Shown: one piece after another, positions 36,852-48,289 of the stretch
Layout: every line of letters starts with the position of its first letter
How positions within the stretch are numbered: the stretch's first letter is position 1
NCBI GenBank assembly: GCA_950097015.1
Contig: CATNEN010000001.1
Coordinates: 17,484,001 to 17,548,000, forward strand
Reading direction: 5' to 3'
Origin: Macrostomum hystrix
Taxonomy: Eukaryota > Animalia > Platyhelminthes
Length of the DNA stretch: 64,000 nucleotides
Position numbers and translations under genes: made by a program
Notes under the pieces: model-generated
The model's input: the letters and a program-made list of their open reading frames with translations, nothing else
What the model was told of the DNA's origin: nothing
Databases searched by the model: none

Positions 36852-37838
36852 GATTGAGAAATGAGAAGTGAAATGGAATAGTTGAGAAAGAATGATAAGG
36901 TTTAAAATGTAAAAGTTTGTGATTTGGATGTCTGAAGAATCAGATAAGGTGCCCTTATAGCCAAACTAAGTTCAGGCTATTTATCATTCCCAGTGGGCTG
37001 AATCGGCCCTTATCTTAAGACGCATGGTCAAAACTGAAAAATCGATAAAGAAAGGGGTCTAAATCTTAAAAACCCTATGATTTCGGGTGTGGGCTCTCCA
37101 GGCCTGTGTGTGCACATTCCAGGGCAGAGGGCTAACAATGTACACTGGTCTGCGCCAGCTTGAAAATGAAGCGGGTTAGGGTACTAATGTACATTTAGAA
37201 AATAACATTTAGAATACCGAAAAACAGTTTAAGAAAACTTTTATAAACATTTAAAAAACGGTTTAACACATTTAGAAAACTTAATAAATATGTTTGACAT
37301 TTAGAAACCTGTTGGACACTTTCTCGATTGAAATTGAGACAAGGTTTAATGATTTTTTTTGTTGTAGTTAGAAAGGAGTAGATAAGGAGTCGCTAGGAGT
37401 CGCTAGTATTGAGCAATATATCGTTGAATTGAAATCTGCTATGCACATTTCACCTATTTAAATCAACCAGACACAAGACGGGTGAGAAAAGCTGTGATAT
37501 AATCTATTTATAAATTCGCACTGACTGTCTCGCCGGTGGGGTTGACAGTGAAATTCTTATCAGTGTACTCACTGTTAACAAAACTGGCCCTGATGCAATC
37601 ATTAAAATTGGCAGTGGTATGCACGTTGACAAAACTGGCTCTGATGTATTGCATTAAAAATCCTATCTAAAACAGTTTTTCGAATATTTAATCCCTCCAA
37701 GCTTTATAGCAGTTTATCTGCAAATTTAAAGAAGCAGATAGCAACTGCGTACGAAGACAAACCCCTCACTCCACCTTCATGCTGTCCAATAACGAGCTGC
37801 TAGCACAGCTCGAAACCTCCCACTTCGTCATTTCAGAC

Positions 37839-37983
37839 GCATTTCATACTTGGACTATACTGGAATATTTAATATTCACATTTGGAAATTAGAATATTTT
37901 GGAAATGTTATGGATAAGCATTTCATACTTGGACTATACTGGAATATTTAATATTCACATTTGGAAATTAGAATATTTTGGAA
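37839..37983. repeat. Tandem duplication of ~66 bp (period 79)
   Basis: gcatttcatacttggactatactgg...tattttggaa x2. Confidence 0.85.
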
Positions 37984-39112
37984 TACATCTTTGCTTGTTG
38001 TCTTCCTTTTTTCATTGATATTTATTTATTAGCTTGATGCACAGCCTAAATGTTTAGCTTCTTAGCTTTAGCTTAGCATGATAACCAACATATTTATCGA
38101 GCACTCCTTGTTTCGTGTTCCTGCACTTGCTCACTTGCTTTGCTTGCCTGCTTTGCTACAATTCATAGCAAAAGTTCATTTTTTCATTTCTACTAACATT
38201 TATACTAAGCTGCTACTAACATTTACTCTCCGACCCTAAAGCTAGCTCACTTAAAAGATTCGCATGCTTCCCATCTGATTACAGGCAATCGTTATAGACA
38301 ACGATAAATATGTAAATTGGGTCTGAAACATTCCATACTTTTCCAGACGTTCTCCAGGAACACCTGACGCCTGGTACACGGTCAGGTGCATGTCAAGAAA
38401 CGGAAGCTGCGGATGACATTGATATTAGTGTCTATTCTAAGACTGCTCCCCAGAAGTTCAAGCATCATGAAACTGTTGCCATACATGCAGTTCAGCGGCA
38501 TAATATCTGTAGAATAACTGTTTTTTAGGTAGTAAATAAATTAATAAATTAAAAATTAATAAATTTATAAATTTATAAATTAATAAATTTAGGTAATTCA
38601 TCTAACCCTCCGCAGCACGGGGAAATTCAGTCAGCGACTCAGCGTCGAGGAGCAGTTCGCCCAGCATCCTGGCGAGCTGTATCTGGCCTTATGTAGCAGG
38701 TTAGATAACGACATAAGACATGACATGACTCGACACGACATGACTCCATGTCATGTCAATGGAGTTCCACGGCTGCGCTCGCAACAAGGTTGAATAATCT
38801 TTTTGTTTTGTTTGTTTTAGTTTATGAAATAATGTGCAGCAACTTTTAGTTTATAGTATTTATAAGTAGCATTTATATAGCATTTATAAGTACTTCTAGT
38901 TATATCATACTTTTATAGGAAACAGTCTGTCTTAATTACATGTCTTAAAAATCAAGGTTTAATTACAGATGATAAGTCATGCATGGGCCATATGAGAAAA
39001 CACGAGAAAACAGAACAAAACATGTCCGTAAGAAAAAATAGTTTTCATGAGTGAAGTAACGGAACTGACAATCGGACAATCCGTACTGTAATTCTGAGTC
39101 ATTGTCTGGATC

Positions 39113-39626
39113 ATGTGATTTCTAGGGCATTGTTGGGATTTGTGAGACATTGTAACATTTTTTTGAACTTCTCGTGGTTAAAGTGAAATTTGTAGAAGTG
39201 GTTGAACTGGAAATTCGGGTGGATCTTGGTAATAAGCTTCTCCTTGTTGTAGTTCCTCAGCGCTCGGTGCATCGATAAGAAGTTCATGTTGTCCCGCCCC
39301 TTGTAAGTTCCCCAGTCCTCTGCTAGTCTGGTTGGATTCAGTATTTGCCAAGTGCCCTCCTGCTTGTTTCCCAGCGCAAGCAGGGCGGCGACAGGTCAGC
39401 GACAGACGGCGGATCTCCAGTAACTGGTAGATAAACTCCCAAAGCAGGAACTTCCTGTTTTTCATTGGGCAATGTTTAGTTTTGATAGCTAAATCTAGAC
39501 ACCATCTCCCATAGCTAGACAATCTAGCCACTCTCTGCATTAGGCAGTGTTGCTATAGTAACTGTCTTTTCTAGCTATAGTTAGCTACCTAGAAAATCTA
39601 CAAGATTTTGATATACTCGTAGTAGC
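39113..39626 (-). pseudogene. ETS-domain pseudocopy 1 (frameshifts, internal deletion)
   Basis: LLWEFIYQLL...MHRALRNYNKEKLITKI..FYKF across frames; inverted homolog of copy 2. Confidence 0.8.
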
Positions 39627-40883
39627 TATTATTATTATTATTATTATTAATAGCTATTATTATAGTATCTATTATTATTATTAAAGCTTATATGTACTTT
39701 GAACTTTCTATTTGCACTTTGACCACATCCGGAAATTCCGCGTATGCGGAATTCAATATATTGCGTATATCGTACATACACTAATAGGCAAGCGAAGCAA
39801 GCTAGCTCGTACTTTCGAATTTCGAGAAGCAAGAGTCAACGAAAATAAATATTGATTTATTGTAACGCAGTTTAGTATAAAGTATACAATTCTGACTGTG
39901 GCTGCTTAATTTACCGCACAAAGAGCGATTACTTTTGTGTAATAATAGTGAAAGGGTGCATAGCGGCAGAAAATAATGAACACTAAGTATCTGTATACAT
40001 GTCGGATGTAAGCCATAGTATAGGCCGATTGCATCCAAGCCGGAAAATTTTTGTAGAACTGAATAGTTGCAGGGTACTAAATGCAAAGCATCTGAAGAAT
40101 CTATTTATCAGATTATCAGATTATCAGAATAGTGCGAATGAGCAGACCAACAGTAAATTACAGAACTAAAAATGGGAAAGCTCAAGGAGCCAATTATAAA
40201 AGAGCACACAGGTTTCCTGACAAAGGCACTTTAAGCTTTTCTATCGTACAAAATACCTGTTGTGTCTATTAAGTAATAAAAACTTATCAACAGTTTCATG
40301 ATGCTCGAACTTCAGGGAAGCAGTCATAAAATAGTATTCTAATATCAATGTCATCCGCAGCTTCCGTTTCTTGACACGCCTGACCGTATACCAGGCGTCA
40401 GGTGTTCGTGGAGAACGTCTGGAAAAATATGGAATGTTTCAGACCCAATTTACATATTTATCTTTGTCTACAACGATTGCCTGTAATCAAATTTATAAAC
40501 GTATATTACTAAATTTGTAAAGCGATAGGTGTCATTGACAATTTCAATTGGGGAATTCCATGGCCTAACCCAACTAAAGTGAGAGATCCAGAGGGGAAGT
40601 AAAATAACATGAAATAAACACAGCAGAGATAAGAAAAACTAGAGTCCAGACTAGACAAACAAAGCGTTTCTTAGGGTAGCATAGCTAGTTTATGTAACTT
40701 GGCTAGTTGTCCAAAACTGAGACACCCACCATAATTGTTTACTCTCCTCTTTCCTCCTTCTCCTCTTAGAAGCCGTGCCAGATAATCGGGCCATGAATTT
40801 TGATCGCGGAAATGCAACTGAATCCGGAGAGGTGAAACTATAAATCGAGAAAGTGGCTGGTTGTTCTATGGGAGACAGTGGGT

Positions 40884-42030
40884 AGCTACTACGAGTGGAT
40901 CAAAATCTTGTAGATTTTCTAGGTAGCTAACTATAGCTAGAAAAGACAGTTACTATAGCAACACTGCCTATTGCAGAGAGTGGCTAGATTGTCTAGCTAT
41001 GGGAGATGGTGTCTAGATTTATTATCCACGGGAGACAATGTAGGCTCTTGGAGATCTGGAGATAGAGATAGAGATAATCGCAAACCCATTTCTTCTTACC
41101 AGTCCGTCGATGACCTGAGCGGTCTAGACGCCTTGGACTTCGCCGTAATGCGCTGTGAATTCGGTGACCTCCAATCTTACGACCGCTGCCCTCTTCGATC
41201 TCTATAATCCCGTTGCCGACGAAGATGCCACGGGGGCCATGAGCGCATCGGAGTGCTTCGACTTCGCAGGCAATAATGAGCAGCAGAAGCAAGGAAGTCG
41301 GTCCTCTAGCGATTCCATTAGGTCTATCGGACAGCAACAGCATCAGCAGCAGCGACTGAATCATCTGAATGCTTCGCCGATTGATTGCTTCCTTTGCTTG
41401 GTTCCTTCGCTTGATCCCCCGACTTCGCATCTCCCAACGCATGTGCAGCCGCCAGCGCCAGGCGTCAGAAAAAAATGAGTAAGCAGCGAGGCGGTTAATG
41501 TTTTTTGAGCTGCAGAAACTTGGGATTTAAGAATCTTTAGGATTTAGGATCTTTAGTGTATTGGGGATTACGGGATATAAGTTAGCCCAGGTTCAGGGCG
41601 GCTTACAGATTTGTGGAAATGGCAAGTGATTCTGGGGCTTGGGTTTTAAAGTGTTAGCTATATCATTAAACATTTTTGCATTGTCGAAATAATTAGCTAT
41701 CAAAACTAAACATTGCCCAATGACAGACAGGAAGTTGCTGCTGTGGGAGTTCATCTACCAGTTACTGGAAGCTCCGCCGTTTGTCGCTGACCTGTCGCCG
41801 CCCTGCTTGCGCTGGGAAAACAAGCAGGAGGGCACTTGGCAAATATTGAATCCAACCGGACTAGCAGAGTCGTGGGGAACTTACAAGGGCCGGGACAACA
41901 TGAACTTCTTAACGATGCACCGACCACTCAGGAACTACTACAAGGAGTAGCTTATTACCAAGATCCACCCGAATCTCCATTTCAACCACTTCTACAAATT
42001 TCACTTTAACCACTAGAAGTTCAAAAAATT
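40884..42030 (+). pseudogene. ETS-domain pseudocopy 2
   Basis: LLWEFIYQLL..CLRWENKQEG.W.I.NP..LAESWG.YKG..NMNF..M.R.LRNYY, stop at 41948, then FYKF; intron ~41479-41696. Confidence 0.85.
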
Positions 42031-42032
42031 GC

Positions 42033-42722
42033 TCTGACCGCGGGCGCCAGAGCAAAGGTGCCACGAGACTCGACACTGACGGCCTTCTTTAAGCTTTGCC
42101 GCACTGATGAGTTCGCCCGCCTGCTGCTCTACACAGAGGTGCCCGGCTACTTAGTGTGGCACCCGAGTGCGCGAGAGTGGCGTCGAGCCAAGCAGGGCGC
42201 CAATGTCAAAGGACATTTCGGCGTGAAGCGCAACACCAACATTGCGCGGATGTACACGGTCAGTCCCAGGGCTGGTGACCTGTTCTACCTGCGGCTGTTG
42301 CTGCTGCACGTGCGAGGACCGACCAGCTTCGAGTCGCTGCAGACCGTGGCCGGCGTGCTTTGTGCCAGCGCCATGGCCGCCTGCATGGCCTCGGCCTGCT
42401 GCAGCGCGATGATCACTGGCATCGCTGCATGACTGAGGCTGTCCAGAGCCGAATGCCGCGAGCTTTGAGGCACCTGCTGGCTGTCGTCCTCATCTGGGGC
42501 GAGCCAGAGGATCTCTGCGAAGACCTGCGTTTCCACCACCCGGACATAAGCGCCGAGGAAGTCAGTGACCTAGCTCTGTGGGAGCTGCAGAGCATGCTGA
42601 CGTCAATGGGCAGCCGCAGTCTTCAAGAGTACAGACTGCCTGCTGCCTCTGCAATGCCGCAAGTCGGGCCGCTGCAGTTTGACACGGTCGAACAGGCGGA
42701 GATCACCGAGATGCGGCTGCCA
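42033..42722 (+). mobile_element. Helitron RepHel internal fragment
   Basis: STLTAFFKLC..ARLLLYTEVP..IARMYTVSP..FYLRLLLLHVRGPTSFESL..GLL..D.HW..EA..P..LR.L. Confidence 0.92.
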
Positions 42723-42913
42723 ATGTATTATAATTTGAATACCACCAAGCTAGAAAATCAAATTTTCCATTTTATACTACTAATTAGTAGAGTCATAGAG
42801 CAGATTATGAAATATTACCCCTGGTTGCTTTGTTTAAGGAAAAATGATAGCATGCTTTATTACGTGCTTTGCACAGGCCTAAATTCATAATTAATTTTAC
42901 TTTTCAGCAAACC

Positions 42914-43321
42914 ATGTCTGCGAGAAGGAAGACACAAATTCCGATGGCCGAGTATGATGGACGTATGATGTACGCCGTCCGCAGGGCTATTCATGATGGT
43001 ATAGCCGCCATCGTAGACGGTTGCGGCGGCGTCTGCGAACTAATGTGGCTGGCCTATCAGGCGCTCCCAACGGCCGGGATCGATGAGATCATGCTGCTGT
43101 TGGCCGGTTACCATAACCGGCACGCGGCAATCCAAGCCACACCCGGCATTAACATCGTTGAGATGCAAGAAGGGGCCTATTATGTACTTCAGGGCCCGCC
43201 CACGCAGCAGCGAGTTCGGGACTTGCTGGCAGCTCAGGGCATCGAGCTACCAGAGCCCGCAGGTTGGTGGCAGCAGCTAGGCTCCGAATCAGGCTACGAC
43301 AGCATGTCTGATTCCGAGTGA
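42914..43321 (+). CDS. Array copy 1: 135-aa LOTUS/OST-HTH-like protein
   Basis: ATG follows a ttttcag acceptor; LOTUS-like pattern L..AY..L...LAGY....AI...P.I.IV. Confidence 0.6.
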   Translation: MSARRKTQIPMAEYDGRMMYAVRRAIHDGIAAIVDGCGGVCELMWLAYQALPTAGIDEIMLLLAGYHNRHAAIQATPGINIVEMQEGAYYVLQGPPTQQRVRDLLAAQGIELPEPAGWWQQLGSESGYDSMSDSE

Positions 43322-44005
43322 GCTTCCTGAACACGGCTTCCCTAATTTTAAATCCCTACTTCAAAATCCCTAATTTCTTGCATTTCTTAATTTCTTGAAA
43401 AAAGACTTGCATTTTGTATTTTTTTGCTGTATACTGTATTGCCGATTTGGCTCTTCTTCTGCTTCTTTTCTTGCCCCCGTGTTGTCAATCTCATCATGCT
43501 AAGCACCTCAATATTATGCACACTTTCTTCCTATTGTATATATCACAGAAACAATTACATTTTATCTTTTCTTGTTTATCATGTTGTATATAATCATTAT
43601 GTTGTCAATTATTAAATATTACTATCTATGTTGTCTTCCACACCAATCAAACACCTCTGCGCTGTAACATATTTTAGTTTTTTATCCCTTAATGTGATTG
43701 CGTTTTTTTTTCAAGTAAAATGTGCTTTTAGGGCTTAAGCAAATAGCTCTTTGTTAAGGAAACAACTCTTCATATTCGTTAGATTTTTTAAAGTAAAAGT
43801 TTTAGGGCTAAATTAGGATGTATTATAATTTGAATACTACCAAGCTAGAAAATCAAATTTTCCATTTTATACTACTAATTAGTAGAGTCAGAGCAGATTA
43901 TGAAATATTACCCCTGGTTGCTTTGTTTAAGGAAAAAAGATAGCATGCTTTATTACGTGCTTTGCACAGGCCGAAATTCATAATTAATTTTCTTTTCAGC
44001 AAACC

Positions 44006-44413
44006 ATGTCTGCGAGAAGGAAGACCCAAATTCCGATGGCCGAGTATTCGCGAATAATCGGCAGCGCCGTCCGCAGGGCTATTCATGATGTTATAGCCGC
44101 CATCGTAGACGGTTGCGGCGGCGTCTGCGAACTAATGTGGCTGGCCTATCAGGCGCTCCCAACGGCCGGGATCGATGAGATCATGCTGCTGTTGGCCGGT
44201 TACCATAACCGGCACGCGGCAATCCAAGCCACACCCGGCATTAACATCGTTGAGATGCAAGAAGGGGCCTATTATGTACTTCAGGGCCCGCCCACGCAGC
44301 AGCGAGTTCGGGACTTGCTGGCAGCTCAGGGCATCGAGCTACCAGAGCCCGCAGGTTGGTGGCAGCAGCTAGGCTCCGAATCAGGCTACGACAGCATGTC
44401 TGATTCCGAGTGA
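44006..44413 (+). CDS. Array copy 2: 135-aa LOTUS-like protein
   Basis: Intact ORF, same pattern as copy 1. Confidence 0.6.
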   Translation: MSARRKTQIPMAEYSRIIGSAVRRAIHDVIAAIVDGCGGVCELMWLAYQALPTAGIDEIMLLLAGYHNRHAAIQATPGINIVEMQEGAYYVLQGPPTQQRVRDLLAAQGIELPEPAGWWQQLGSESGYDSMSDSE

Positions 44414-45098
44414 GCTTCCCGAACACGGCTTCCCTAATTTTAAATCCCTACTTCAAAATCCCTAATTTCTTGCATTTCTTAATTTCTTGAAAAAAGACTT
44501 GCATTTTGTATTTTTTTGCTGTATACTGTATTGCCGATTTGGCTCTTCTTCTGCTTCTTTTCTTGCCCCCGTGTTGTCAATCTCATCATGCTAAGCACCT
44601 CAATATTATGCACACTTTCTTCCTATTGTATATATCACAGAAACAATTACATTTTATCTTTTCTTGTTTATCATGTTGTATATAATCATTTTTTTGTCAA
44701 TTATTAAATATTACTATCTATGTTGTCTTCCACACCAATCAAACACCTCTGCGCTGTAACATATTTTAGTTTTTTATCCCTTAATGTGATTGCGTTTTTT
44801 GTTTCAAGAAAAATGTGCTTTTAGGGCTTAAGCAAATAGCTCTTTGTTAAGGAAACAACTCTTCATATTCGTTAGATTTTTTAAAGTAAAAGTTTTAGGG
44901 CTAAATTAGGATGTATTATAATTTGAATACTACCAAGCTAGAAAATCAAATTTTCCATTTTATACTACTAATTAGTAGAGTCAGAGCAGATTATGAAATA
45001 TTACCCCTGGTTGCTTTGTTTAAGGAAAAAAGATAGCATGCTTTATTACGTGCTTTGCACAGGCCGAAATTCATAATTAATTTTCTTTTCAGCAAAAC

Positions 45099-45767
45099 AT
45101 GTCTGCGAGAAGGAAGACCCGGGGGGCAATGGCCTGCGCCTCCACGAGGTGCCCCCCGGAGGACGCAAGTCCTACGAAATGCAGGCCATCAAACGGGCCC
45201 TCCCAAAGCCCAGCAAAGCACAGCACAGCACAGCCCTATCTCCCTGCCCGGAGCCCGCTGCGGTCTTTGAATGCTGTGCTTCCGTGCTGGCCCTGCTTGG
45301 GAAGGCGGGCATCATCTGATGCCCGGTGCCATGGGCCCTGGCCCGCGCACGCCCGAAGAAGAAGAAGAAGAAGGAAGACCCAAATTCCGATGGCCGAGTA
45401 TTCGCGAATAATCGGCAGCGCCGTCCGCAGGGCTATTCATGATGTTATAGCCGCCATCGTAGACGGTTGCGGCGGCGTCTGCGAACTAATGTGGCTGGCC
45501 TATCAGGCGCTCCCAACGGCCGGGATCGATGAGATCATGCTGCTGTTGGCCGGTTACCATAACCGGCACGCGGCAATCCAAGCCACACCCGGCATTAACA
45601 TCGTTGAGATGCAAGAAGGGGCCTATTATGTACTTCAGGGCCCGCCCACGCAGCAGCGAGTTCGGGACTTGCTGGCAGCTCAGGGCATCGAGCTACCAGA
45701 GCCCGCAGGTTGGTGGCAGCAGCTAGGCTCCAAATCAGGCTACGACAGCATGTCTGATTCCGAGTGA
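45099..45767 (+). CDS. Array copy 3 with in-frame 261-bp retroposon insertion
   Basis: 222 aa = 135 + 87. Confidence 0.5.
   Translation: MSARRKTRGAMACASTRCPPEDASPTKCRPSNGPSQSPAKHSTAQPYLPARSPLRSLNAVLPCWPCLGRRASSDARCHGPWPAHARRRRRRRKTQIPMAEYSRIIGSAVRRAIHDVIAAIVDGCGGVCELMWLAYQALPTAGIDEIMLLLAGYHNRHAAIQATPGINIVEMQEGAYYVLQGPPTQQRVRDLLAAQGIELPEPAGWWQQLGSKSGYDSMSDSE
45121..45189 (+). ncRNA. HDV-like self-cleaving ribozyme
   Basis: P1 GGGGGGC/GCCCCCC, P2 AUGGCCUGC/GCAGGCCAU, P3 GCC/GGU, L3 UCCACGA, P1.1 CC/GG, P4 AGGAC-GCAA-GUCCU, J4/2 ACGAAAU with candidate catalytic C45175. Confidence 0.85.
45121..45368 (+). mobile_element. Ribozyme-headed short non-autonomous retroposon, copy 1
   Basis: Absent from units 1, 2 and 5; 13-bp TSD agaaggaagaccc (45108-45120, 45369-45381); (GAA)n tail. 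Confidence 0.9.
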
Positions 45768-46474
45768 GCTTCCCGAACACGGCTTCCCTAATTTTAAATC
45801 CCTACTTCAAAATCCCTAATTTCTTGCATTTCTTAATTTCTTGAAAAAAGACTTGCATTTTGTATTTTTTTGCTGTATACTGTATTGCCGATTTGGCTCT
45901 TCTTCTGCTTCTTTTCTTGCCCCCGTGTTGTCAATCTCATCCTGCTAAGCACCTCCATATTATGCACACTTTCTTCCTATTGTATATATCACAGAAACAA
46001 TTACATTTTATCTTTTCTTGCTTATCATGTTGTATATAATCATTATGTTGTCAATTATTAAATATTACTATCTATGTTGTCTTCCACACCAATCAAACAC
46101 CTCTGCGCTGTAACATATTTTAGTTTTTTATCCCTTAATGTGATTGCGTTTTTTGTTTCAAGTAAAATGTGCTTTTAGGGCTTAAGCAAATAGCTCTTTG
46201 TTAAGGAAACAACTCTTCATATTCGTTAGATTTTTTAAAGTAAAAGTTTTAGGGCTAAATTAGGATGTATTATAATTTGAATACTACCAAGCTAGAAAAT
46301 CAAATTTTCCATTTTATACTACTAATTAGTAGAGTCAGAGCAGATTATGAAATATTACCCCTGGTTGCTTTGTTTAAGGAAAAAAGATAGCATGCTTTAT
46401 TACGTGCTTTGCACAGGCCGAAATTCATAATTAATTTTCTTTTCAGCAAAACATGTCTGCGAGAAGGAAGACCC

Positions 46475-46543
46475 GGGGGGCAATGGCCTGCGCCTCCACG
46501 AGGTGCCCCCCGGAGGACGCAAGTCCTACGAAATGCAGGCCAT
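46475..46543 (+). ncRNA. HDV-like ribozyme, copy 2
   Basis: Same as 45121-45189. Confidence 0.85.
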
Positions 46544-46722
46544 CAAACGGGCCCTCCCAAAGCCCAGCAAAGCACAGCACAGCACAGCCCTATCTCCCTG
46601 CCCGGAGCCCGCTGCGGTCTTTGAATGCTGTGCTTCCGTGCTGGCCCTGCTTGGGAAGGCGGGCATCATCTGATGCCCGGTGCCATGGGCCCTGGCCCGC
46701 GCACGCCCGAAGAAGAAGAAGA
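46475..46722 (+). mobile_element. Ribozyme-headed retroposon, copy 2 (duplicated with its array unit)
   Basis: Same sequence, site and TSD as copy 1. Confidence 0.9.
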
Positions 46723-48289
46723 AGAAGGAAGACCCAAATTCCGATGGCCGAGTATTCGCGAATAATCGGCAGCGCCGTCCGCAGGGCTATTCATGATGTT
46801 ATAGCCGCCATCGTAGACGGTTGCGGCGGCGTCTGCGAACTAATGTGGCTGGCCTATCAGGCGCTCCCAACGGCCGGGATCGATGAGATCATGCTGCTGT
46901 TGGCCGGTTACCATAACCGGCACGCGGCAATCCAAGCACCCGTATATACACGTTAGGCGGTATAGAACACGGCGAAAACCGCCTAAAAGGCGGTCCATAT
47001 CATGCTATATGATATCGTAGCATGATATAGACCGCCTTTTTTAAGCGCATAAAGGCCTTTTATGGCACAAATTTGAACAGCCGTTTCTGCTAATTTTTTT
47101 AGTTCGCTAATGCAAAATATCTATTTTACTACTTTTTAGTAACAATAATTTTAGTGTCACTAGACAAATATTTGAATGGCTTAGTACAAGTGCTAACAGG
47201 TAATATTAATTTATGTAAGCCCAGGGCCTAGCTGTTTATTATTTTTTTATTTCCAAGTCATTGAAACATTAGACAGTCACAGCATTATGGTATATCTTAC
47301 ATATTAGTCCATTAGAACTCGAGAACAATAAGACTAAACTTTAAAAGTATGGCAGGAATAGGATGGCGCTCAGTTTTTAGCTAGGCCTATCGCCGCCTAT
47401 GCCCTAGTTTAATATAGAAATAATATAGTAAAGCTTAAAACCTATGCTAGCTGTATATTGAGCAGGCATAATAATTAGCTATTCTAGTATACTATTGCCT
47501 AGCTGCTAGCTGTAGAATGAGTGCCTTCTGCTTGGCACACTGACAAGATAGCTGTCCTATCATCTATAATTTTACTGTGATTTTACTGTGATATCATTTT
47601 TTGTAATTTTCTTATTTTCTTCCCATTTTTAAAAGCAAGTAGGGCGGCTAGGGCCTAAACAAATTAAAATTTTCAGATTTTTTTTGCAATTAGTTAACTA
47701 ATACGGTGTCTTCTTGAAGTATTTAAAAATATATTTCTATAATTGTTAGTGTGCTGTCCAGATAAGCAGGAAATTATTCCTACAGTAGGGGCCTACCATA
47801 GGAATAAGACAAAAAAATTTATGGCACTGTGGGGATAAGCACTGCCATAGAAAATTCTATACATAAGGGTCCCTAGTATGCTCAGCACACAATCATGGCA
47901 CACTAAGGCCCCTGGGGCACAACAACAATAACAATAGCAAAGCACACCACAGTAGAACAGAGTACAGTTCTAAAAGGTGTACACTATATTTAATCACTGT
48001 TCACATCATGACTATTTTCTTAGAAACAGTACAAAGAAACAGTTGGCAAAGAAGCATAGATGGCATACAGTTGGCCCAAAAATTGACCCCCAAATTTTTT
48101 CCTAGTGAAAACTATGCCATCTTTATTACTATGCTATGGGTCATAGTCAATCATGTACTATAAACTATAGTGATAACCAATATTCAAAATAAAATAGTAC
48201 TGTTGTCTTTTGTATATAGTATATTATTAGTAATTTTATATATTTTATCACTTACATTAGATGCATCTTTCTTATAAACCTATATCATG

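Larger units (their letters stand above)
46453..46936 (+). pseudogene. Array copy 4, 5' part (remainder at 62750-62934)
   Basis: ORF split at ..AAIQA|TPG by the KDZ insertion. Confidence 0.85.

Noticed and set aside
30200-42722. Helitron termini (5' TC, 3' hairpin + CTRR)
   Set aside because: Could not be located confidently, so gene capture remains unproven
45305-45330. Hammerhead ribozyme core (ctgatg)
   Set aside because: Reads CUGAUGC rather than CUGANGA, sits in a simple hairpin, and has no matching GAAA/UH arrangement
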